Below are positions 20,501 to 32,500 of a stretch of 64,000 nucleotides of DNA, piece by piece. The translations under genes and the position numbers were made by a program. Numbering within the stretch: position 1 is the stretch's first letter; the number at the start of each line of letters is the position of its first letter. A model generated the notes under the pieces. That model worked only from the letters and a program-made list of their open reading frames with translations, was not told the origin of the DNA and searched no databases. Source of the DNA: a virus; the IMG/VR virus record IMGVR_UViG_3300042878_001565, positions 1 through 64,000 of that record; one strand, written 5' to 3'.

Positions 20501-20554
20501 AACTTCTTCTTGAAGCTTTATAAAATCCGGATGTGATTTATTTATACAACTCAT
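14480..20554 (-). CDS. giant virion (probably ejected) protein, 2024 aa, with an N-terminal zincin-like module
   Basis: MSCINKSHPDF start; GYFKNGKIFL...VVHEFGH...EEAL; third of three giant genes around the RNAP, as in crAss-like phages. Confidence 0.75.
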   Translation of the reverse strand: MSCINKSHPDFIKLQEEVNINPSILAAKIGIWMEENSTDEYPTAKDLGLETSQLNVDRGTQDGGNTVLGNTRSWQSSPNTGDVVSNKVLETYDENKLDLSEEDLQKFNEVAAVVGREEALRDVLEQHGEVRSPEVVFQKLTTRDYDNLETIEEDYYAEAEPFEMSRAVSKVKDLVKITNNQKAMLILSKLSNQLGVDFEIISEEDFDKEYPNQKTTTGYFKNGKIFLIQERFNASTVVHEFGHPIIKSIFNSNRDLFNELYDKLKASPEFSEIEKHLDTMYSSEFEKESDEYKEEALVYALQYAHANQADLQKDGFFKELFFQIKQFLRKLFGKKINISKLNPNTTIADIADMINAGEEFLLDRDFIDMDDVAMFGKMYEDEVKIMAAVSVEETEQTINEFYEVLKKQVGNLTKENDVFKWIAGEISDEYNQGIIQQLRKDVEELTTFNKRKPVKSLVKIKDEADVTQDMEQFHNKLKQFISVVVNTGILFDKLSEKFDTMDNVTLDSKEDIETLYSMWLYANNWNDYFNKLDDSKTGYFNYHVKKDNPVYEKFSKIKTKIEQLQQRVSSKVTELSIDAFHDHLVEVHKPIEEAYLDKLQKLQDKGLWAEYELVYADYYGVTLAEEYEFNILDARVKNKEPLTYDEQRRHMVLRLNIAKGERITKDKVKLTSANFLGDAKGLSNAMYGFITSDDIITSGFAKYINQHFNTIAGNVNAKEATLLDGLNDALKGTSFGNNIFGEAGLGKAISHVDTYAVEGADGKLEIKEEYAFMSNFRNHRVKIKELDVAIDLARSNYVAIPDGSNYDLWLDAIDAKAQFESDYMHRDNTAEYYQHDYLMRTPIGRKARRLIDDIYTEMNALNRDYSENITDGDYQTESSRLWFDLKQLKNKFDRTGQLKTGDDLQIAELLTNYDKLTKDFHDYEEVPGKFEGVFAAFEAQILTKYTKGSLEYEYEMNTWLSQNTQVEVNSNYYELRKAKLDRRKELLEKLDQTNTKIAALKGIIDSTILFEEVSNIVKPTVNESGIYEGTRLSLEEQQKITDLNKQIQDGKKLFITKSGLSKHQYLDYVRLSNRKNLKPHEKLRLEAFKLILRTKLQGLEVNDEDLLEVDQIDNDLREMSYSRSTEDYKNMWFDFMYKNSDVYDAVYNAVKKTYKHSDLYNNPVLSEDMVDILLSDLDLIDELKELSPEFKTWFEANHFADEKVVYALDPAIGYQVPKGVVSIWTKSTVWNFSGPYDVDKYYNTKIMNHDLFPNGTLEVNGEPRVPNKAYKSKIVKSDYVTPEIERDELQNGQLILANKDSKGQWLPKTVNEGAIGTNFINDEYQEMLRSKPELFDALMYLKNTYLDNQIGLDSSQTNGLAFPKEKIHGTIENVTTKGFFERKRLGIIRAFSKSNTDDFDSDQYRKASVGYDSNALANTMTRPITGNYEMPLAEQSRNIVSIMGRWLHSVETYKVARDINPVVQMLQDTIKNLGADPDLIKLKQSFETLNMAKPTLSAAESGRLKNINKMIDKHIDGVQVVMPDGFDGRYGTYALRITQFTSKALSKRFFSYNVYSGVKNYASGEIMLAATSAEGKVLNPNDLRVTKRMAMAASNKIVSESWTKKQKDPIIQLITVMDAIPDFAKKRAGHNGGTTFMQSIFKGNQRYAIRKYLGDMVPLHQFFAILNHNKFELNGKQTTLFKAIQLDAQGRVVTMPNVPVEYSISYSDDNKIILGSKLNQLIDLHQNTLTKTIGAANDLNAPDIYRNLMGKMGLFLIKFFPNLLRDRITYGKVKFKHKEILGKKVAVGVRFTPRNNVASGTRELGSYVALLESVGELIRTRGKHLSYENYTGLLKIAIGISIEIALYLVQKNMRFKLNNDDDDESKAFLFDEEKEGMFKWMAASTSVPQAPKFITDITGPIVDEQYTDASGREFDATNFFKIQLLRTIVGVRKETSAFYPMPMMNQGVNMSMMKGVFSTANPLSDILNGFDIALEGEVYEKDAGPLRWQQSGRSKLFNLYLKYEGFDGKMIDAAYGLKQEFRKF

Positions 20555-23500
20555 TTAACATTCTTTTATATCGTTAATTACTCGTTTCATTTCTTTCAAA
20601 GGTAATACTTTAAATTCTTCTAATGGAATGTTAGTGTTTAAATCAATGAATTCTTCAACTAATTTTTGAGCATTATCAGTTAAAGTTTTTGGTTTATCTG
20701 CTTTAACACCATTGATTCTTTCATCTAAAATAGATGCATGATTAAATGCTTCATTTTGAGAATTACTGTAACCAAGAACTGTTTTTGTTTCTTTAGCTTT
20801 CAATCTATCTATTGTGCTATTAATCCAGTCACGTCTTTCTTTTGCATACTCAAGACTAATTACGTTATCAAATTTATCTTTAAATACATCTTGACCATCC
20901 AACCATTCTTCATACGCCATTGAAGCTACATCAACACTTTTCATTTTAATTTGACCTTCTACATTAGAACCAGTAAAAGGATTGCCAAAATGTTTATTTT
21001 CACTTAAACCTTTAAATCCAAATTGCGCAGATGCAGCTTGTGCTTTTGACACACGCATTGTATATAAAATATCACCTTTGTTGTGGGCTTCTCTTAAATC
21101 TGCCATTTTCATAATTTTTAAAGTAGGCGATAAAATTTTTGGTTCATAAACTTTTTGAGTATTTACTTGTGTTATACTTTCAACATATTTTTTAGCAAAT
21201 GGTATTTCAACCTGCATTAAGTATTGTTCAATAAAAGAATCTGTAACAGAAGATCCAATATTAATAGCAGCTCTTTCAAAATCAGATAGTGCAATTGAAA
21301 ATCCATTTTTGTATGTAGGATTTTCAGCAAAATATTTTTTTGATTCTGCATCTACCATTTTAAATCCTTTTTCAGAAATATCTTTTTCAGACATTCCTTT
21401 AAATAAATTAAGGCCTGTTATGTGATAAATGTAGTTGTCAATTCCAATCTTACGTCCAGATTTAACACCAAGAGTAACATCGTACATTGGAGAACTAATA
21501 CCATCTAAACTTTTTACAACCTCATAGTATTTTCCTAAAGGAGAATAACGAACAACTTTTGTATATCCTTTTTCTTCAAGAAACTTTAAAGCCATTTCAT
21601 CAATACCATTTGCAGAACCTACATTAAATGTTTTAACACCAGCTTCAATTGCTTTTGTAATTTTAGGTTCGTAATTTTTTTTGAAATCAGCGGTAACTAT
21701 ATCAGTATATCCTTTCAAATCAGTTAATCCTTCGTATGCACTTTTAAACAATCCTGCACCAAAAATCCAAACGCTATCGGTGCTTTTATATTTATTATCA
21801 AAAGCTTTTTTGTTTGTTTGATTGATAACATCAATGTAGTTTCTTGTAGAAGAACGTGCAACATAATTAGGATTTGATTCAGAAGGAGTAGCAATTGCTT
21901 TAGTAGAATTGTTTGCCATTGACTCATCTTTAACCCAATGATTATCTTTTCTATTTTTAGATTCAGCAATTGACAATCCACCAGCCACAGCATTAATTGC
22001 TTTTGCAACTAATACAGGATGATCACCGTAGTTATTAAACCCAAAGTATTCTAACAATAATTTATTCCAACTTGAAACCGCTATATTTTTATTTGGTACA
22101 TCTAAAATTTGCATTGGCATTGCTAGTTTTTCACCAGACAATGCTATAATTTTTTCTTTTATTTTTGTAGCAGTATCTTTTTCATCAAATATTTCAGACA
22201 TATCAAACGGAGTCATCTCTGATGGATCAACCGCTAAAATGTTTTCAACTAATGTAATGTTATTATATGTTTGAACTGAATTCAAATACTCTTGTTCAAT
22301 TGACAATGACATTGTTTCTGGCTGTACATAATTATAACCTCTATTACGAAGTTTATAAACACTAACAGCCATATTGTTGAATGCATTGTAAAACTTACCA
22401 ACTACTCCACCAACTGCTTTAGCAATCTTTTTTTCTTTTTCATTTTTCTTTGCAATCTCATTTAACGATTGTGTTAAACCTGCTGATGAGAATGTTGAGT
22501 CGATAACATTTTTTACATTGTTAGTAGTAATAAGTTTTCCTAAATAATATTTAGCTGCAGTATTCATACCTGATTGCATAAATATCATGTGCTCAAATGC
22601 ATTTTTAGAAAAGAATTCTTTTACTGCTGGATCAGGAAAATTCTGAAGCTTGGTAAGATTTTCCAAATAAACTTTAGTCAAAATTGGATCTGCTTTTTCA
22701 GCCAAATAAAAATTTGATTTTCTTGTACCTTCGCTTTTATTTTCAGTGTCAAACTTCATATCTTGAATTAATGAAAATTCACTAAAAGCATCTGCATGTT
22801 TTGCTTTCATTGCTTTAAAAATACCAACTAACCCAACTTCTTTGTCGAATAACATCCCTGGTGTTTTTGTTCTATACAATGCTTCAAGTTTTAACAAGTC
22901 ATCCATCGGTAACTCATTTCCAAACTTTTCTTTTTTGTATGAATAGTAATAAAAGTTTTCACGAATTTGAGCATCAATTGCATCTAACTTATCTTGAATA
23001 GGTTTCATTTTAGCATCAACTGCATCAAGTTCTTTTTCTGTTGCACCTTCTAACTCTAAATTTTTTCTTTCAATTTCAATTTCTGACAAATCAGTTAATG
23101 CATCAAATCGACCATACTCATCTTGAATTTCGTCTTTAAGTAATTCTAATTCAACTTTGTATTTAACATACTCTACTGGTGAATTAATTGAATCAAATAA
23201 ATGCGATACATGACCATCTTGCAAAATCTCATTTTTAACTGCACCAAGGTTGTAATAAACTTTACCATTTGATCGATCAATCTTGTATGCAGTTGTTAAT
23301 TTATTTGCAGGATTAACACTAGAAGCTGGTTGAGCAATTTGATCTTCTAATCTTTTAAGTTCTTGTTGTAAGAATTTAAATGTTAGTGGAGCTCTTGTAG
23401 GTAATTCAGCTAAACCAACACCCATTTGAGGAATTATAAGTTTATTATATTTTCCTGTATTCCATTCTGCAATTGCTTTGTTTATATCTGCAGTAATAAT

Positions 23501-26500
23501 TTTTTTGTTTTTTTCTAGTTCAGCATCTGATTTATATGCTTCTTCATTACTTGCTGGTAATTTTTTAGTAGATATACCAATAGCATTTGATTCACCACGC
23601 ATTTCTTTTGCTTGACCGCCTAATCCTTTTCTTATATCATTATCTCCAAATAAATATAAAGTTGTAGGATTTGCTTTTAACTCACTTCTTACAATAATTT
23701 TATTTGTTTTTTCAACACTAGCAGATTGTGCAGTAGGTTTTACAGTAGATTCAACTTCTTTAACTAAATCAAACGTAGCATTGCTTTCTCCAACTCTACT
23801 AGCACTTGTATATGTGTCTGTTCTATATACTGAATTTTGGTACAAGAACCACATTAAATCGTTTTTAAAGGCGTTACGTAATACAATTGGAAGTATTCCT
23901 TTTTTATTACCGCCATTCAATGACAAGGCTAATCTATTAACAACAGGATTGTTTTTAATTTTGAAAAAATTCTTAAACATATTAATAACCAAATTGGTAT
24001 TGTTGTAAATACCAATTGGAGATGTTTCAAATTTAGTCCACCATTCTGCTGGTATAGCAGTATGACCACTTTTTAATTTCATGACATCTGCAATATTTTT
24101 TTCAGCATCTGTTATATTGCTAATCTTTGTCGTATCGTATTTAGAAACTTGTGAAAACTTTGTTACATCTGCAGACAATTCTTCTAGTGCAACATATTGT
24201 GCAAAGATTTCAATGTCATCTTTGTTCACTGTAGAAGAACCTATTCGTCCTTCAAGAAAGTTAGTTTCAAAAATAGAATTATTGGACGCTACATTGTTGA
24301 TACCAAAAAAGGAATGCTTTGCGTATCCAGCATCAAACAATTCTTTTTCATACTCTTTCTTTAAAATATCTAAAGCTTCTTCTCTAATTGCATCTGGTGA
24401 TAAAGATTTACCGATTGGATTATTTTCATTTAATTTTGAATACGTTCCTGATAATTCTTTTTTAATGGTATTATATCTAATCGTTAACGGATTAGAAGAA
24501 ATATAAATTGCATCATTAATTGGAACACCTGCCATAACCATAAACAAAAGGTTCGGAGTATTCTCTTTATTACCTTGGATGTTAAATACCCATGCATTTT
24601 TACCAACATCGACATAACCATTAATCAACTGTGAAATAATATCCGCTGTTAATTTTCCATCTTTAGCATAACGAGAACCAACTGATATTCTACCATCAAT
24701 TTCATTATGGTTTAATTTTAATGTGTATGCTTTAAAATTATTAATTCTTTCTAAAGCTTTTGCTTTTAAAGCACCGTTAGATTTTGGATCATTGTAAATT
24801 CTTATGTCATCATTAAATTTCTCCAAGTCTTCTCTTTTAGCTGTGTTTAATCTTGAATCAAACGTACTAAACATTGCAAAGAATGTAGATACAACAGCAG
24901 CAATACCCAAAGACTCCATACCAACAGAGTTCTCTTGATGTTTTTGCAAGTTATACATGTAATCCATTACTGTTGTACGTGATATTGAATCAGATTTATC
25001 AGCATGTATTTTTTCAAGTTTGTTGTATTTACCAGCAGTAATTTTTGTTTCCAAAGCGTTCGCTATTGGTAATACATCTCTTGTTGTATTCGGTGTAACC
25101 AAATCAACAAAATTATCTTTAGCTAAAATCTTTCTATTAAACAAATTAACCAGTTTATTCTCAAGTCCTTTTACAGAATGGCCAACTTTCTTACGTTCTA
25201 ATTCAGCACCAATTTCTTTTTGAGCTGCAATCTTTTCTTTAAGCGATGCTTTTTGTTTTTTGAAATTATCAAATTTCGCACTTAATTCTGTAGAAAGGGT
25301 TCCAACATATTGCAAAAATATTCCATCACGCAGTGTATTGATTGAATCTATTTGTGCATTTATTTTAGATATTTCTGTTTCAATAAGTTCTTTATATTCA
25401 TTTGCTGCAGCTTTACCTAGTTTAGTTCCAAGGTACGTTCCAGTTGATTTTAATTCTTTTAATTGATCGTTGTATTTTTTACGCTCTGGATACAATAAAT
25501 CTAATGCAGGTTGATACAACTCTGCTTTTTCAAATGCAACCGTTTGATCTTTAAATAATTTTTCAGACTCATCGTAAACTGCAGATAACTCTTTTTCTAA
25601 AGGTGTAATGTTTGATTCATAAAAGTCAGTGTACTCTGCAGCGTAACGATCATAAGCACCAGTATCTCTACCGTAGTAGTTATTCAATTCAGGTTTGCTG
25701 TTGATAATAGAAATACTTGGATACAAGAAGAACATTTTATCAATATCGTAATCCGCTCCTGATTTAGCCACAATCTCTGATGGTAAAATTACTTTTGCAC
25801 CAGAATATTCAGGTAAAAATTCAGCAACCGTAACCGAGTCTAAAGCATTAGGACCTTGTGTTGGGATACGAGTTCCAGGAAAGTTTAACATTGCTTTATG
25901 TTTTGCATTCCATTCAGGATCTTTAATCGATTCATTCAATCTTTTTAAAGATGCATCGTAATCCATAACGCCTTTTTTATCTAAAACACGAATAGGCTTT
26001 TTATCTGGATGATCTGCATATAATAATTTTTTGAAATCCCCCTGCAATGAAATTTTAACTTCCATTGCAAACGTCAATGAACCATCTTCATCACGACTTT
26101 CATAAAACTTTAATCCATTAGTTCCATTAGCGTCTGCTTCCATGTCTGAACTTTCATACATAGCACCAGACACTTGAACCAAAGCTTCACCATTAACTTT
26201 TATTTTACGAAGAGATGAATCAATTAAGGTAACCACAATTTCTTCGATCTTCTGACTGTTTAATGAATATGATAAATCCTCAACCAATCTACCAGAAGCA
26301 TCAGTTAAAAAAGCAACTTCATGTGGTAGATAATCATTCTTAATCATTTCACGTTTAATGTAATCTGCTAGTTTTGTACTATCTCCTTCATACGTTCCTG
26401 TAGTAGGATTGTATTGGTAATCAATATTCTCAAGCAAATCTTCTCTTACGTGATCTCTATACGTTGTTAATATGTCAGTGTACTCTTTATACCATCCATA

Positions 26501-29500
26501 ATTTTTAGATGCAGCAAGGCGTTCTTTTTCAGTTTTAATAGACTTCCATTTAGCAATTCTATCTGCATCACCTTTTAAATAATCCATTGGCACACCATTA
26601 TCAGCAATACCATGAAGAATCATTTTTTTCATTTGTGTTGGTAACACTACTTTTCCTTTATATCCTTCATCAATAAACACCTGATTTTTCAAATGTTTAA
26701 CTGAAATTATATTCGGAACAAATTTTAAATCAGCATCTACAGAACGATCTTTTTTATAAAACGTATCTGGTTTTTTAACAATTACTTTTTTACCATCAGC
26801 ATTAGTTTCTACAGCTACGCGTGACAATGTAGAAAGTTTGGAACCTGATTGCATAGTAGCATAATCAATTCCTTGTTCCATCATTGACTTGTGTAATCCT
26901 TCAAGTTTAGTTCCTTTAATTTCATTTGGAATCAATGGAGCTAATGAATACTTATGAAAAGCAGTAAGCCCTAAATTCATTGATTTAAACTTATCTGTTG
27001 TACTTAACGGTCCGTAGTATTGAAACTTTTTTACTGGAAACGTAGAACTCATATCAGTTTGCTCAATAGTTTCACCTTTAATAATTTTCTGATAAAGTTT
27101 TTCTTGACCTGCTGACCATTCACCACATGAAATATTTAACAGCCTGTATGTATCAAAAGTTATCCAACCTTGACCATCGGCTTCTTCCATGTTACTGTAT
27201 GTTTCTGCAGTTTCTTTACCAAGTTTTTTTTCAAGCTCTTCTAAATATGATGATGGTACTTTAGACTCATCTAAAATTGCAGTTTTTAAATCACCAGTAT
27301 ATTGATAATCACGCTCAATACCCAATTGTTTAGCGTAACCAAAATTATTAAATTGTGCATTATTGTTTACAAAATTTTTGAATGATTCATCTGATGCAAA
27401 TATTTTTCCAGTAGAAATCATACCGGCATTACGTTTGTGGAAATCACCACCCTCAATGTTGTATAACGCCAAATCACCTAAAAACAATGATGTGTAATTA
27501 GTATTTTGGATAAAGTTATTTACAATGTGTGCTCTAAAAATTCTAAGTTTTGTATCAGAAATTGATTCATTTTCTACAGCGGTACTTTTATATTTCTCAA
27601 TTAATTCATCTGGAAATACTGTATCTGATTTTAATTTATTTAATGTTTCAGCTTTTTTACTAAAGTATGACTTCAAATTAGATTCAATGTTCTTCTTTAA
27701 TCCAGGACTTAATTGTTTTCTGATGCTGAATGATTGCAGGTCGTCTATAGAAAGAGAACGAGCTAACTTCAACAAATCATTTTTGGTATCGACATCTAAA
27801 ATATCATCAAACAAAAAGAAGTTTTTACCACGTTCAAAATACTTAAAGTCAATTGCAAAGTTTTCAGGATCAATTAAAATCTCCTGTTCTAATTTTTCCA
27901 ATCGAACCATTCGAATTAACTCTGCTTCTAAATGACCAATCATTTCATTACTTAAAATAGAACCAGCGTATCCATCTGTAAAAATAGTATCAATGTCTTG
28001 TGCATTTACAATCAATTCTTTGGTTTTACCACCAACAATTGAATTGTTTCTCATTTGATTTGCAAGAACTGTTAATGAAGAAGATTTTGCTTCTGTTCTT
28101 GGTATCTCTTGAACACCATCTAATGTCAACAATACATCGGATAAAAATTTTGTTTTTTCATCAGAACCAATTGATGATATACCTTTATCTTCAGATGTCA
28201 TGTCTATCAATCTACCATCTTCGTCAACACGTTTTACAGTGTGTATTAATTTGGAACCAGATAAATTCTCAACTGAAATTCTAATGCCAGGGTTTCTTTT
28301 ACCACGTACCGTTGGATTAAAGTGATCTAATTGAAACATATCAACAAACCATTTAGAACCAGCAACAGAAGGATTTTCTAAATAATTAAATTTAGACATC
28401 CCTTGCATTGCAATTAATTCATCATAATGATTTGCTTTATTTAAAGCCTGCACCTCAACTGTAAGTGATGAGTTTAATACTTTTTCACTTGCCTTCTCAC
28501 CATACGCTGTCATCGACATAAACGATGTGCTATCGCTTGAATACATTGAGTGTAATTTGATTAAACTATTTATGAATCCAGCTTTTCCAATTTCGTCAAT
28601 TCTCACACCATCTTCATAGTAATAAAAATCTTTTGCTAAATCAGATAAACTTCTAATCCCTGTACCATTAATTGCATCTTGTTTTTTTATAAGAAAATCA
28701 ACAAAATATGGGTAATCACTAGCTTTAATTTTTAAATCATCAGAACCTTCTTTTAGTATTTGTTTAACAATTGGATCATCTGAAATATTAATTCCAAATA
28801 ATTTTAAAAACTCTACTGGTTCTGCGTATGCTCTTAATTTTGGCGTTGATGAAAACTGTGCTTTAGTTGCTTTTGGTAATTTAAGATACGCACTTTTTGA
28901 AATAGAAATTCCACCATTAACAGACTCATGCACTTCTTTTAAAAACTTTGAATGATTTTTATTTTCAAAAAAAGATTTAAGGTTTAATGTATATGGTGAA
29001 AATTTATTTTCGCCTTGTTCTATACGTTCACCAATAATTTCTAATAACGATGTGAAATTATCATTCCAATCATTTTTAATAAATGTTTCCGATGCTGCTG
29101 TTCTACCTGAATGCGAAGTAGTACGACTTTCTACAAAGTTTTCATCCTTTTCTTCATTTGTATATGTAACCGTTTTTTCAATAATTTGTTCTCGTAATAA
29201 TACATCCGCTTTATTAAGAGATTGCCAAAATGCTAACCATTGATTCTGTTCTTCAAAAGTTGAAGAAGGTGAACCAGGATTACCAAGTTTTGAAACAAGT
29301 TCTTTAATTTGAAAATCATCAATACTAGCTGCAAGTAATTTTTGATACATGTCGTCACGATCTAATGTATTAGTTAACAACTTTGCAGTTTTAGCAAGCA
29401 TTGTTTTAAATGGTGCAAGTTTTGCAAAACCTAGAGCATTAACTTCTAATGTACCTTTACCATTTTTAGAATAAGAACTGATGGTACTTAAAAGTTGTTT

Positions 29501-32500
29501 AGTTTGATCATCAACTAATTCTGAAATTGAAAATTCAGCACCAGTTCTTTCAAAAATAACACGTTCGTCATCTTCATATTTTTCTTTTTCGGTATTGACA
29601 TAACTGTACTCATTAATAAACAAAGATGCCATGTCACCATACGATTCTTGTTTGGTTAAAATTGTATCAATGTTTTCTAAATTTCCAAAGTTAGCAATGG
29701 CTTTATTTAAAGTATCAATAGCAAATTTTGCTGAAAGATTATTTGGTTCATCTTCTAATGTTAATTTGTGAATTGCAACCTTTTGTTGTAATCTTTTTTT
29801 AACAAAATCTAAACCCATTTGTGTTAAAACAGGATTATTTTGAATTCTAAAAATACCATACCCATTGTATTTATCAGCATAAGATTTTTTAAAATCAGCA
29901 ACGATTGCTTGAGCTTCTTCATATTCTAATTTATTCGTAATAGGATTAATTGAAGCTAAATGAGTCATAGCAAATATACCATTTTGCGAATTCTCATCTG
30001 AATTATCCATTGCATTTACACCTTCAGTAACAAATTCGGTAAACAATGCCTGCATTGAGTCCATTACTAAATGAGTTTCTTCTAATGAAAAATTAAGTTC
30101 TTTTTGTAATTCAGCTGATTGATATACAGCATGTGAATCTCTACTACTAAATTTAGAAACATCAATGTTACCTTCATACAAGTTATTAAACATTGCATTC
30201 GTTACACCTTGAACACGATTCAATGCTATTGCATCAGATAGACGCATATTACCAAATAACCCTTTTAAAAGATTAGATATTTTTTCAAAGAATTGTGATA
30301 CTCTTGTTGAAAGTTTATTTGAATACTTTCCTTTTGACATAGCAAACTTACGGAACTCTTCAGCTAAATATTCTTCAAGTTCTAATTCATTTGCATTTGC
30401 AAAAGCAAGTCTTTTTTCAACGCCTTTAACTGTTACATCAAAGTATCCAGGTTTGTTTTTTAATTCAGCATACATGTTATTTCTTTCTACCGCAGTAAGT
30501 ATTCCCATACTATATGCGTGAAATGATTCGTGATATAAATCTGTTTTGCTAGAACCCAAATACATATTAATTGAATTACCCACAAACTCTGCTAAAAAGT
30601 TTGGACCAAATTCATGAATTTCGTCTGAAAAATTTACCTTCAGTACACGCAATAATGGATTAGTTTTCATCCATGCATCTGCCCGCAATTCTTGTGCTTC
30701 AGAAACAGATTCTCTATTTTGAGATGCAAGTGATTGAAATAAACTTTTTCCTTTATAGTTTTCTTTTACCGTATCAAGAACATCTATGTTAGTCACAACG
30801 TCTTCAACTTGTTCAGTAAATGAAACGTATGGATCAGATGCTTTAAACTCTCCTTGATTGTTTAATTCATACATTGTACTACCAAGATCAATTACGTTAT
30901 CTAAAATTGTTGTAAGCTTTGTTTTAACAACGCCATCTTCAATACCAGTTATAACATGTAATTGAGAATCTATGTTTGATTTTGGTTTTAATCCAAAATT
31001 TATTGCAGGTGATTTAGAAATATAAAGCTGACCATTGTTGTAATACAACTGTTGTTCATCAGTTGTTTCTTCTAATGAATTAAAAATCTTTACATCTGTC
31101 ATATCACCTTTTGGTACAAAAGGAACACCTGTCCTATTGTAAACAAAATTTCGCAATGCTTCTTTAATGTCAGAAAAATTTTCTTCTTTTATTTCAAATA
31201 AAACATTTTGAATATAAACGTGTGGTAATTTTTTCTTACCGTTTTCTGGTAAAAGAAATTCTGTAAATACTTTATCTTTTGAACGCTGTATTAAACTTGA
31301 TATAAGAATATTTCTATCTACTGTGGACCATGCAGCATCTTCTTGATTTTCTTTTGTAGTTGCTACTTTTGGTTTAGTATTTACAATTAATTCATACAAA
31401 GCTTCAAACTGTTCATCAGATATAGAACTTAACAATTTACTAAAAACGCTTGTTGGCTTATTTGAACCCTCTGCTTTTAATTCTATCCAATATCTTTTAT
31501 CGCGTTGATTTACCGAAAAATTTAATTTAGCCAAGTTTGCTATGGCCTTTAATGGATTTCTTTTATTGATGTTATATTTCATGACACCATGATCACTATT
31601 CTTGTAATCAATATCTAAAAGAATTGTTTTTCCATCTTCTATCCTTTGTGCAATTCTTGCAATTGATTTTAAATAGTTATCAATTTTAGTTTGAACAATA
31701 CGAGTGGCTTCTTCTATAGAAACACCATTATTTTCTGCATAGATTGCAGGCAACAATTCAGTCTGTCTTTTAAAGTGATGCGGTTCTGTTTTAATTTTCA
31801 TTACAGGAGAACTTCCTGTTTCAGAAACATTACCAGCTTCATTGAATTTTACAATGTTTCCTTTTGCGTCAGTAAACAATAGAACTACGTCATTATCTTT
31901 TATACGAGCGTATTCAGAAACAACATCTGTTTTTGATAAAACATCTTGGCTTTTAAAAGCTCTTAATTTTAGATCAGATGTTGGTGAATTTAAAATAGAT
32001 AATTGAACACTCTGTCTGAATTTAGAGTTTCTTTTTTCTTCAACCGTAGAAGGAATTTCAGATAAATCTAAATTAAGATTGTATGTTTTGTTAAACTCTG
32101 AAGACATTGCATCAAATCCCTCTTGCATGTTAACAACTGGAGGAAGTTGACTAACCCCTCCAACCATTTTACCTATTTGATTAACAATATTTGGAAACTC
32201 TCCGTTTTCATTAACACTTGCATTAATTATTTCATCACGTAAAGCTTTAATGTCAGAAAATAAACTTTCATTTTTTTTCGTCATTGGTGCATTTAAGTGT
32301 GCATATAACATTTCAGGCGCAATAGTTAAATGCTGTAACACAATCTCTCTGGTCTTTTCTTTTGAAAAACCTAACTGTGGTTCAAAATCAGACAACGCTT
32401 TGTTAAAAAGCATTGTCATCATTTGTTTTGCAGTAACATTTCCGTCGTAAAAACTTGGAATCTCTTTCTTAAAATAAGCAGCAAAAAGATTAATTGAATT

